Shown here: positions 49,701-60,800 of the stretch, piece after piece
How positions within the stretch are numbered: position 1 is the first letter of the stretch
How the letters are laid out: each line of letters begins with the position of its first letter
Origin: Eledone cirrhosa
Lineage: Eukaryota
Direction of reading: 5' to 3'
Length of the DNA stretch: 64,000 nt
Assembly: GCA_964016885.1 (NCBI GenBank)
Contig: OZ024744.1
Span: forward strand, 131,936,001 to 132,000,000
Notes under the pieces: generated by a model
The model's input: only the letters and a program-made list of their open reading frames with translations
What the model was told of the DNA's origin: nothing
Databases searched by the model: none
Program-made: the position numbers and the translations under genes

Positions 49701-51342
49701 ACTTAACCCCACTTAACTTAACCCCAACATAAATAACCCCAACTAACTAACCCCAACTTCACTCACCCCCACTAACTCAACCCCAACTAACTTAACCCCA
49801 ACTAACATAACCCCAACTTAACATAACCCCAACTACCTAACCCCCAACTAATTAACCCCAACTTAACTAACCCCAACATAACTTCCCCCAACTAACTACC
49901 CCCAACTTAACTAACCCCAACTTAATTAACCCCAACTTAATTAACCCCAACTAACTAACCCCAACTTAACTTAACCCCATCTTAACTAACCCCAACTAAT
50001 TAACCTCAACTAACTAACCCCAACTTAATTAACCCCAACTTAACTTAACCCCAACTTAACTTAACCCCCAACTTAATAAAACCCAACTTAAATTAACCCC
50101 AACTTAACTTACCCCCAACTAACTTACCCCAACTTAACTTAACCACAACCTAACTTAACCCCAACTTAACTTAACCCCAACTTAACCTAACCCCAACTTA
50201 ACTTAACCCCAACTTAATTAACCCCAACTTAACTCAACCCAACTTAACTTAACCCTAACTTAACCCCAAATTAACTTAACCCCAACTTAACTAACCCCAT
50301 CTTAACTTACCCCAACTTAACTACCACCAACTTACCTTACCCCCAACTTAACTTAACCCCAACTTAACTTAACCCCAACTTAACTTAACCCCAACTTAAT
50401 TTAACCCCAACTTAACTTAACCCCAACTTAATTTAACCCCAACTTAACTTAACCCCAACTTAAATTAACCCCAACTTAATTTGACCCAACTTAAATTAAC
50501 CCCAACTTAACTTACCCCCAACTTAACTTACCCCCAACTTAACTTAACCCAACTTAACTTAACCCCAACTTAACTTAACCCCACTTAACTTAAACCCAAC
50601 TTAAGTACCCCCAACTTAAGTTAACCCCAAATTAACTCAACCCCAACTTAACTTAACCCCAACTTAACTTAACCCCAACTTAATTAGACCCAACTTAAAT
50701 TAACCCCAACTTAACTTACCCCCAACTTAACTTACCCCCAACTTAATTTAACCACAACCTAACTTAACCCCAACTTAACTTAACCCCAACTTAACTTAAC
50801 CCCAACTTAACTTAACCCCACTTAACTTAAACCCAACTTAAGTACCCCCAACTTAAGTTAACCCCAACTTAACTTAACCCCAACTTAACTTAACCCCAAC
50901 TCAACTTAACCCCGCCTTAACTTAACCCCAACTTAACTTAACCCCAACTTAACTTAACCCCAACTTAACTTAACCACAATCTAACTTAACCCCAACTTAA
51001 CTTAACCCCAACTTAAATTAACCCCAACTTAACTTAACCCCAATTTAACTTAACCCCAACTTAACTTAACCCCAACTTAACTTAACCGCAACTTAACTTA
51101 ACCCCAACTTAAAATAACCCCAACTTAACTTAACCCCAACTTAACTCAACCCCAACTTAACTTAACCCTAACTTAACTTAACCCCAACTTAACTTAACCC
51201 CAACTTAACTTACCCCCAACTTAACTTACCCCCAACTTAACTTTCCCCCAACTTAAATTAACCCCAACTTAACTTAACCCCAACTTAACTTAACCCCAAC
51301 TTAACTTAACCCCAACTTAACTTAACCCCAACTTAAATCACC
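31779..51342 (-). repeat. 16-bp satellite array, inverted orientation (C-rich on +)
   Basis: Continuous CTTAACTTAACCCCAA periodicity up to the N run. Confidence 0.97.
41130..48180 (-). repeat. Tandem duplication, offset 3550 bp
   Basis: CCAACTGAACTTAAC at 42461 and 46011; CCCCAACTTTATT at 44501 and 48051; AACATAACCAACAC at 43706 and 47256. Confidence 0.92.
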
Positions 51343-51542
51343 NNNNNNNNNNNNNNNNNNNNNNNNNNNNNNNNNNNNNNNNNNNNNNNNNNNNNNNNNN
51401 NNNNNNNNNNNNNNNNNNNNNNNNNNNNNNNNNNNNNNNNNNNNNNNNNNNNNNNNNNNNNNNNNNNNNNNNNNNNNNNNNNNNNNNNNNNNNNNNNNNN
51501 NNNNNNNNNNNNNNNNNNNNNNNNNNNNNNNNNNNNNNNNNN
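51343..51542. other. Assembly/scaffold gap, 200 N
   Basis: Run of exactly 200 N. The round number suggests a placeholder of unknown true length. Confidence 0.99.
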
Positions 51543-52062
51543 AACCCCAACTTAACTTAACCCCAACTTCACTCAACCCCAACTTAACTCAACCCCAACT
51601 TAACTTAACCCCAACTTAACTTAACCCTAACTTAACTTAACCCCGACTTAAACTTAACCCCAACTTAACTCAAACTTAACTTAACTTAACCCCAAGTTAA
51701 CTTAACCACAACTTAACTCAACCCCAACTTAACTTAACCTCCCACTTAACTTAGACCCGATTTAACTTAACCCCAACTTAGCTTACCCCGAACTTAACTT
51801 AACCCGAACTTAAATTAACCCCAACTTAACTTAACACCAACTTAACGTAACCCCAACTTAACTTAACCCCAACTTAACTCAACCCCAACTTAACTCAACC
51901 CCAACTTAACTTAACCCCAACTTAACTTAACCCCAAGTTAACTTAACCTCAACTTAACTTAACCCCAACTTAACTTAACCCCAACTTAATTAACCCCAAC
52001 TTAATTTAACCTCAACTTAACTTAACCCCAACTTAACTTAACCCCAACTTAACTTAACCCCA
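51543..52062 (-). repeat. C-rich satellite segment; probably an enlarged inverted island whose left junction lies in the gap
   Basis: Starts with the island-type variant order CTTCACTC, CTCAAC, CCCTAAC, CCCCGAC and ends at CCCCAAAGTCGGAG (52058-52071). Confidence 0.9.
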
Positions 52063-54687
52063 AAGTCGGAGTTAGGTTAAGTTGGGGTTAAGTTAAGTTA
52101 GGCTTAACTTAAGTTGGGGTTAAGTTAAGTTGGGGGTAAGTTAATTTGGGGTTAAGTTAAGTTGGTGTTAAGTTGGGGTTAAGTTAAGTTGGGGTTAAGT
52201 TGGGGTTAAGTTAAGTGGTGGTTATGTTAAGTTGGGGTTAACTTAAGTTGGGGTTAATTTAAATTGGGGTTAAGTTAACTTTGTGGTTAAGTTAAGTTGG
52301 GGTTAAGTTAAGTTGGGGTTAAATTAAGTTGGGGTTGAGTGAAGTTGGGGTTAAGTTAAGTTGGGGTTAACTTAAGTTGGGTTTAAGTTAAGTTGCGGTT
52401 AAGTTAAGTTGGGGTTAAGTTAAGTTGGGGTTAAGTTAAGTCGGGGTTAATTTAAGTTGGGGTTGAGTTAAGTTGAGGTTAATTTAAGTTGAGGTTATGT
52501 TAAGTTGGGGTTAATTTAAGTTGGGGTTAAGTTAAATTGGGGTTAAGTTAAGTTGGGGTTAATTTAAGTTGGGATTAAGTTCAGTTGGGGTTAAATTAAG
52601 TTGGGGTTAAGTTAAGCTGGGGTTAAATTAAGTTGGGGTTAAGTTAAGTTGGGGTTAAGTTAAGTTGGGGTTAAGTTAAGTTAGGGTTAATTTAAGTTGG
52701 GGTTATGTTAAGTTGGGGTTAAGTTAAGTTGGGGTTAAGTCGAGTTGGGGTTAAGTTAAGTTGGGGTTAGTTAAGTTGAGTTTAAGTTAAGTTGGGGTTA
52801 ATTTAAGTTGGGGTTAAGTTAAGTTGGGGTTCAGTTAAGTTGGGGTTAAGTTAAGTTGGGGTTAAGTTAAGTTGGTTTAAGTTAAGTTGGGGTTAGGTTA
52901 AGTTGGGGATAAGTTAAGTTGGGGATAAGCTAAGTTGGGGTTAAGTTAAGTTGGGTTTAAGTTAAGTTGGGGTTAAGTTAAGTTAGGCTTAACTTAAGTT
53001 GGGGTTAAGTTAAGTTGGGGGTAAATTAAGTTGGGGGTAAGTTAAGTTGGGGTTAAGTTAAGTTGGGTTTAAGTTAAGTGGTGGTTATGTTAAGTTGGGG
53101 TTAAGTTAAGTTGGGGTTAAATTAACTTGGGGTTAAGTTATGTTGGGTGTAAGTTAAGTTGGGGTTGAGTGAAGTTGGGGTTAAGTTAAGTTGGGGTTAA
53201 GTTAAGTTAGGGTTAATTTAAGTTGGGGTTATGTTAAGTTGGGGTTAAGTTAAGTTGGGGTTAAGTAGAGTTGGGGTTAAGTTAAGTTGGGGTTAAGTTA
53301 AGTTGGTGTTAAGTTGGGGTTAAGTTAAGTTGGGGTTAAGTTAAGTCGGGGTTAAGTTAAGTTGGGGTTGAGTTAAGTTGGGGTTAATTTAAGTTGAGGT
53401 TATGTTAAGTTGGGGTTAATTTAAGTTGGGGTTAATTTAAGTTGGGGTTAAGTTAAGTTGGGGTTAAGTTGAGGTTAAGTTAAGTTGTGGTTAAGTTAAG
53501 TTGGGGCTAAGTTAAGTTGGGGCTAAGTTAAGTTGGGGCTAAGTTAAGTTGGGGTTAAGTTAAGTTGGGGTTAAGTTAAGTTGGGTTTAATTTAAGTTGG
53601 GGTCGACTTAAGTTGGGGTTAAGTTGAGTTGGGGTTAAATTAAGTTGGGGTTAATTTAAGTTGGGGCTAAGTTAAGTTGGGGCTGAGTTAAGTTGGGGTT
53701 AAGTTAAGTTGGGGTTAAGTTAAGTTGGGGTTAAGTTAATTTTGGGTTAAGTTAAGTTGTGGTTCAGTTAAGTTGGGGTTAAGTTAAGTTTGGGTTAATT
53801 TGGGGTTAAATTAAGTTGGGGTTAAGTTAAGTTGGGGTTAAGTTAAGTTGGGGTTAAGTTAAGTTGGGGATAATTTAAGTTGGGGTTAAGTTAAGTCGGG
53901 GTTAAGTTAAGTCGGTGTTAAGTTAAGTTAGGGTTAAGTTAAGTTGGGGTTAAGTTAAGTTGGCTTTAAGTTAAGCTGGGGTTAAGTTAAGTTGGGGTTA
54001 AATTAAGTTTTGGTTAAGTTAAGTTGGGGTTAGGTTAAGTTTGGGTTAGGTTAAGTTGGGGTTAAATTAAGTTGGGGTTAAGTTAAGTTGGGGTTAAGGT
54101 AAGTTGGGGTTAGGTTAAGTTGGGGATAAGTTAAGTTGGGGATAATTTAAGTTGGGGTTAAGTTAAGTTGGGTTTAAGTTAAGCTGGGGTTAATTTAAGT
54201 TGGGGTTAAATTAAGTTGGGGTTAAGTTAAGTTGGGGTTAAGTTAAGTTTGGGTTAGGTTAAGTTGGGGATTAGTTAAGTTGGGGATAAGTTAAGTTGGG
54301 GTTAAGTTAAGTTGGGTTTAAGTTAAGTTGTGGTTAAGTTAAGTTGGGGTTAAGTTAAGTTGGGGGTTAAGTTAAGTTGGGGTTAGTTAAGTTTAGTTTA
54401 AGTTAAGTTGGGGTTAATTTAAGTTGGGGTTAAGTTAAGTTGGGGTTCAGTTAAGTTGGGGATAAGTCAAGTTGGGGTTAAGTTAAGTTGGGGTTAAGTT
54501 AAGTTGGGGTTAGGTTAAGTTGGGGATAAGTTAAGTTGGGGATAAGCTAAGTTGGGGTTAAGTTAAGTTGGGTTTAAGTTAAGTTGGGGTTAAGTTAAGT
54601 TGGGGTTAAATTAAGTTGGAGATAAGTTAAGCTGGGGTTAAATTAAGTTGGGGTTAAGTTAAGTTGGGGTTAGGTTAAGTTGGGGTT
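52063..54687 (+). repeat. 16-bp satellite array, G-rich on +
   Basis: Monomer periodicity; rich in GGGGATAAG and TTAGGTTAAG variants. Confidence 0.97.
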
Positions 54688-54950
54688 AACCCCAACTTAA
54701 CTTAACCCCAACTTAACTTAGCCCCAACTTCACTCAACCCCAACTTAACTTAACCCCAACTTAAGTTAACCCCAACTTAACTTAACCCTAACTTAACTTA
54801 ACCCCGACTTAACTTAACCCCGACTTAACTTAACCCCAACTTAACTTAACCCCAACTTAACTTAACCCCAACTTAACTTAATCCCAACTTGACTTAACCC
54901 CAACTTAACTCACACCCAACTTAACTTACCCCCAACTTAACTTAACCCCA
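54688..54950 (-). repeat. Inverted island, 263 bp
   Basis: GGGGTT|AACCCC at 54682-54693; ends at CCCCAAAATCGGAG (54946-54959). Confidence 0.96.
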
Positions 54951-57646
54951 AAATCGGAGTTACGTTAAGTTGGGGTTAAGTTAAGTTAGGCTTAACTTAA
55001 GTTGGGCTTAAGTTAAGTTGGGGGTAAGTTAAGTTGGGGGTAAGTTAAGTTGGGGTTAATTTAAGTTGGGGTTAAGTTAAGTGGTGGTTATGTTAAGTTG
55101 GGGTTAAGTTAAGTTGGGGTTAAATTAAGTTGGGGTTAAGTTAAGTTGGGTGTAAGTTAAGTTGGGGTTGAGTGAAGTTGGGGTTAAGTTAAGTTGGGGT
55201 TAAGTAGAGTTGGGGTTAAGTTAATTGGGGTTAAGTTGGTGTTAAGTTGGGGTTAAGTTAAGTTGGGGTTAAGTTGGGGTTAAGTTAAGTGGTGGTTATG
55301 TTAAGTTGGGGTTAACTTAAGTTGGGGTTAATTTAAATTGGGGTTAAGTTAACTTTGTGGTTAAGTTAAGTTGGGGTTAAGTTAAGTTGGGGTTAAGTTA
55401 AGTTGGGGTTGAGGGAAGTTGGGGTTAAGTTAAGTTGGGGTTAACTTAAGTTGGGTTTAAGTTAAGTTGCGGTTAAGTTAAGTTGGGGTTAAGTTAAGTT
55501 GGGGTTAAGTTAAGTCGGGGTTAAGTTAAGTTGGGGTTGAGTTAAGTTGGGGTTAATTTAAGTTGAGGTTATGTTAAGTTGGGGTTAATTTAAGTTGGGG
55601 TTAAGTTAAGTTGGGGTTAAGTTAAGTTGGGGTTAATTTAAGTTGGGGTTAAGTTCAGTTGGGGTTAATTTAAGTTGGGGTTAAGTTAAGTTGGGTTTAA
55701 GTTAAGTTGGGGTTAAATTAAGTTGGGGTTAAATTAAGTTGGGGTTAAGTTAAGTTGGGGTTAGGTTAAGTTGGGGATAAGTTAAGTTGGGGATAAGCTA
55801 AGTTGGGGTTAAGTTAAGTTGGGTTTAAGTTAAGTTGGGGTTAAGTTAAGTCGGGGTTATGTTAAGTCGGTGTTAAGTTAAGTTAGGGTTAAGTTAAGTT
55901 GGGGTTAAGTTAAGTTGGGGTTGAGTTAAGTTGGGGTTGAGTTAAATTGGGGTTGAGTTAATTTGGGGTTAAGTTAAGTTGGGGTTAAGTTAAGTTGGGG
56001 TTGAGTTAAGTTGGGGCTACTTCAAGTTGGGGCTAAGTTAAGTTGGGGCTGAGTTAAGTTGGGTGTACGTTAAGTTGGGGTTGACTGAAGTTGGGGTTAA
56101 GTTAAGTTGGGGTTAAGTTAAGTTAGGGTTAATTTAAGTTGGGGTTATGTTAAGTTGGGGTTAAGTTAAGTTGGGGTTAAGTAGAGTTGGGGTTAATTTA
56201 AGTTGGGGTTAAGTTAAGTTGGTGTTAAGTTGGGGTTAATTTAAGTGGTGGTTATGTTAAGTTCGGGTTAAGTTAAGTTGGGGTTAATTTAAATTGGGGT
56301 TAAGTTAACTTTGTGGTTAAGTTAAGTTGGAGTTAAGTTAAGTTGGAGTTAAGTTAAGTTGGGGTTGAGTGAAGTTGGGGTTAAGTTAAGTTGGGGTTAA
56401 CTTAAGTTGGGTTTGAGTTAAGTTGGGGTTAAGTTAAGTTGGGGTTTAATTAAGTTGGGGTTGAGTTAAGTTGGGGTTGACTTAAGTTGGGCTTAAGTTA
56501 AGTTGGGGTTAAGTTAAGATGTGGTTAAGTTAAGTTGGGGTTAAGTTAAATTGGGGTTAAATTAAGTTGGGGTTAAGTTAAGTTGGGGGTAAGGTAAGTT
56601 GGTGGTAAGTTAAGTTGGGGGTAAGTTAAGATGGGGCTAAGTTAAGTTGGGGTTAAGTTAATTTGGGGTTAAGTTAAGTTAGGGTTAAGTTAAGTTGGGG
56701 TTGACTTATGTTGGGGTTAAGTTAAGTTGGGGTTATGTTAAGTTGGGTTTAAGTTAAGTTGGGGTTAAGTTAAGTTGGGGTTAAGTTAAGTTGCGGTTAA
56801 GTTAAGTTGGGGTTAAGTTAAGTTGGGGATAATTTAAGTTGGGGTTAAGTTAAGTCGGGGTTAAGTTAAGTCGGTGTTAAGTTAAGTTAGGGTTAAGTTA
56901 AGTTGGGGTTAAGTTAAGTTGGCTTTAAGTTAAGCTGGGGTTAAGTTAAGTTGGGGTTAAATTAAGTTTTGGTTAAGTTAAGTTGGGGTTAGGTTAAGTT
57001 TGGGTTAGGTTAAGTTGGGGTTAAATTAAGTTGGGGTTAAGTTAAGTTGGGGTTAAGGTACGTTGGGGTTAGGTTAAGTTGGGGATAAGTTAAGTTGGGG
57101 ATAATTTAAGTTGGGGTTAAGTTAAGTTGGGTTTAAGTTAAGCTGGGGTTAATTTAAGTTGGGGTTAAATTAAGTTGGGGTTAAGTTAAGTTGGGGTTAA
57201 GTTAAGTTTGGGTTAGGTTAAGTTGGGGATTAGTTAAGTTGGGGATAAGTTAAGTTGGGGTTAAGTTAAGTTGGGTTTAAGTTAAGTTGTGGTTAAGTTA
57301 AGTTGGGGTTAAGTTAAGTTGGGGGTTAAGTTAAGTTGGGGTTAGTTAAGTTTAGTTTAAGTTAAGTTGGGGTTAATTTAAGTTGGGGTTAAGTTAAGTT
57401 GGGGTTCAGTTAAGTTGGGGATAAGTCAAGTTGGGGTTAAGTTAAGTTGGGGTTAAGTTAAGTTGGGGTTAGGTTAAGTTGGGGATAAGTTAAGTTGGGG
57501 ATAAGCTAAGTTGGGGTTAAGTTAAGTTGGGTTTAAGTTAAGTTGGGGTTAAGTTAAGTTGGGGTTAAATTAAGTTGGAGATAAGTTAAGCTGGGGTTAA
57601 ATTAAGTTGGGGTTAAGTTAAGTTGGGGTTAGGTTAAGTTGGGGTT
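54951..57646 (+). repeat. 16-bp satellite array, G-rich on +
   Basis: Monomer periodicity between two islands. Confidence 0.97.
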
Positions 57647-57877
57647 AACCCCAACTTAACTTAACCCCAACTTAACTTAGCCCCAACTTCACTCAACCCC
57701 AACTTAACTTAACCCTAACTTAACTTAACCCCGACTTAACTTAACCCCGACTTAACTTAACCCCAACTTAACTTAACCCCAACTTAACTTAACCCCAACT
57801 TAACTTAATCCCAACTTGACTTAACCCCAACTTAACTCACACCCAACTTAACTTACCCCCAACTTAACTTAACCCCA
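57647..57877 (-). repeat. Inverted island, 231 bp
   Basis: GGGGTT|AACCCC at 57641-57652; ends at CCCCAAAATCGGAG (57873-57886). Matches the 54688 island apart from two missing monomers (32 bp). Confidence 0.96.
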
Positions 57878-60800
57878 AAATCGGAGTTACGTTAAGTTGG
57901 GGTTAAGTTAAGTTAGGCTTAACTTAAGTTGGGCTTAAGTTAAGTTGGGGGTAAGTTAAGTTGGGGGTAAGTTAAGTTGGGGTTAATTTAAGTTGGGGTT
58001 AAGTTAAGTGGTGGTTATGTTAAGTTGGGGTTAAGTTAAGTTGGGGTTAAATTAAGTTGGGGTTAAGTTAAGTTGGGTGTAAGTTAAGTTGGGGTTGAGT
58101 GAAGTTGGGGTTAAGTTAAGTTGGGGTTAAGTAGAGTTGGGGTTAAGTTAATTGGGGTTAAGTTGGTGTTAAGTTGGGGTTAAGTTAAGTTGGGGTTAAG
58201 TTGGGGTTAAGTTAAGTGGTGGTTATGTTAAGTTGGGGTTAACTTAAGTTGGGGTTAATTTAAATTGGGGTTAAGTTAACTTTGTGGTTAAGTTAAGTTG
58301 GGGTTAAGTTAAGTTGGGGTTAAGTTAAGTTGGGGTTGAGGGAAGTTGGGGTTAAGTTAAGTTGGGGTTAACTTAAGTTGGGTTTAAGTTAAGTTGCGGT
58401 TAAGTTAAGTTGGGGTTAAGTTAAGTTGGGGTTAAGTTAAGTCGGGGTTAAGTTAAGTTGGGGTTGAGTTAAGTTGGGGTTAATTTAAGTTGAGGTTATG
58501 TTAAGTTGGGGTTAATTTAAGTTGGGGTTAAGTTAAGTTGGGGTTAAGTTAAGTTGGGGTTAATTTAAGTTGGGGTTAAGTTCAGTTGGGGTTAATTTAA
58601 GTTGGGGTTAAGTTAAGTTGGGTTTAAGTTAAGTTGGGGTTAAATTAAGTTGGGGTTAAATTAAGTTGGGGTTAAGTTAAGTTGGGGTTAGGTTAAGTTG
58701 GGGATAAGTTAAGTTGGGGATAAGCTAAGTTGGGGTTAAGTTAAGTTGGGTTTAAGTTAAGTTGGGGTTAAGTTAAGTCGGGGTTATGTTAAGTCGGTGT
58801 TAAGTTAAGTTAGGGTTAAGTTAAGTTGGGGTTAAGTTAAGTTGGGGTTGAGTTAAGTTGGGGTTGAGTTAAATTGGGGTTGAGTTAATTTGGGGTTAAG
58901 TTAAGTTGGGGTTAAGTTAAGTTGGGGTTGAGTTAAGTTGGGGCTACTTCAAGTTGGGGCTAAGTTAAGTTGGGGCTGAGTTAAGTTGGGTGTACGTTAA
59001 GTTGGGGTTGACTGAAGTTGGGGTTAAGTTAAGTTGGGGTTAAGTTAAGTTAGGGTTAATTTAAGTTGGGGTTATGTTAAGTTGGGGTTAAGTTAAGTTG
59101 GGGTTAAGTAGAGTTGGGGTTAATTTAAGTTGGGGTTAAGTTAAGTTGGTGTTAAGTTGGGGTTAATTTAAGTGGTGGTTATGTTAAGTTCGGGTTAAGT
59201 TAAGTTGGGGTTAATTTAAATTGGGGTTAAGTTAACTTTGTGGTTAAGTTAAGTTGGAGTTAAGTTAAGTTGGAGTTAAGTTAAGTTGGGGTTGAGTGAA
59301 GTTGGGGTTAAGTTAAGTTGGGGTTAACTTAAGTTGGGTTTGAGTTAAGTTGGGGTTAAGTTAAGTTGGGGTTTAATTAAGTTGGGGTTGAGTTAAGTTG
59401 GGGTTGACTTAAGTTGGGCTTAAGTTAAGTTGGGGTTAAGTTAAGATGTGGTTAAGTTAAGTTGGGGTTAAGTTAAATTGGGGTTAAATTAAGTTGGGGT
59501 TAAGTTAAGTTGGGGGTAAGGTAAGTTGGTGGTAAGTTAAGTTGGGGGTAAGTTAAGATGGGGCTAAGTTAAGTTGGGGTTAAGTTAATTTGGGGTTAAG
59601 TTAAGTTAGGGTTAAGTTAAGTTGGGGTTGACTTATGTTGGGGTTAAGTTAAGTTGGGGTTATGTTAAGTTGGGTTTAAGTTAAGTTGGGGTTAAGTTAA
59701 GTTGGGGTTAAGTTAAGTTGCGGTTAAGTTAAGTTGGGGTTAAGTTAAGTTGGGGTTAAGTTAAGTTGGGGTTAAGTTAAGTTGGGGTTAAGTTAAGTTG
59801 GGGTTAATTTAAGTTGGGGTTAAATTAAGTTGGGGTTAATTTAAGTTGGGGGTTAAGATAAGTTGGGGTTAAGTTAAGTTGGGGTTAAATTAAGTTGGGG
59901 TTAAGTTAAGTTGGGGTTAATTTAAGTTGGGGTTAAGTTAAGTTGGGGTTGAGTTAAGTTGGGGGTAAGTTAAGTTGGGGGTAAGTTAAGTTGGGTGTAA
60001 GTTAAGATGGGGTTAAGTTAAGTTGGGGTTAAGTTATTTTGGGGTTAAGTTAAGTTGGGGGTAAGTTAAGTTGGTGATAAGTTAAGTTGGGGGTAAGTTA
60101 AGTTGGGGTTAAGTTAAGTTGGGTTAAGTTGGGGTTAAGTTAAGTTAGGGTTAAGTTAAGTTGGGGTTGAGTTAAGTTGGGGTTAAGTTAAGAGGTGGTT
60201 ATGTTCAGTTGGGGTTAAGTTAAGTTGGGGTTAAGTTAAGTTGGGGTTAAGTTAAGTTGGGGTTAAGATAAGTTGGGGTTAAGTTAAGTTGGGGTTGAGT
60301 TAAGTTGGGGTTGAGTTAATTTGGGGTTAAGTTAAGTTGGGGTTAACTTAATTTGGGTTTAATTTAAGTTGGGGTTAAGTTAAGTTGGGGTTAAATTAAG
60401 TTGGGATTAAGTTAAGTTGGGTGTACGTTAAGTTGGGGTTGACTGAAGTTGGGGTTAAGTTAAGTTGGGGTTAAGTAGAGTTGGGGTTAATTTAAGTTGG
60501 GGTTAAGTTAAGTTGGTGTTAAGTTGGGGTTAAGTTAAGTTGGGGTTAAGTTGGGGTTAAGTTAAGTGGTGGTTATGTTAAGTTGGGGTTAAGTTAAGTT
60601 GGGGTTAATTTAAATTGGGGTTAAGTTAACTTTGTGGTTAAGTTAAGTTGGAGTTAAGTTAAGTTGGGGTTAAGTTAAGTTGGGGTTGAGTGAAGTTGGG
60701 GTTAATTTAAGTTGGGGTTCAGTTAAGTTGGGGTTAAGTTAAGTTGGGGTTGAGTTAAGTTGGGGTTAATTTAAGTTGAGGTTATTTTAAGTTGGGGTTA

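Larger units (their letters stand above)
53870..59750 (+). repeat. Tandem duplication of about 2.93-2.96 kb, each unit containing one inverted island
   Basis: GGCTTTAAG at 53962 and 56921 (2959 apart). CTACTTCAAG at 56017 and 58944 and TCGGAG at 54954 and 57881 (2927 apart). The 32-bp difference lies within the island. Confidence 0.93.

Noticed and set aside
49495-50340. A distinct 14-15-bp satellite subfamily (CTAACTAACCCCAA)
   Set aside because: It is collinear with 38820-39720 and differs by irregular single-base deletions, so read error explains it better.
51338-51550. 70-aa minus-strand ORF from the supplied track
   Set aside because: Almost entirely X; a gap artefact.
51322-51582. 86-aa minus-strand ORF from the supplied track
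   Set aside because: It is open only because it crosses 200 N. The flanking residues are translated satellite, and the start is a non-ATG codon rendered as M.
54688-54950. Islands as MITEs or piggyBac-like TTAA-target transposons
   Set aside because: They consist solely of satellite monomers, with no terminal inverted repeats or target-site duplication. They are copied together with their flanks, and TTAA is trivially abundant here.
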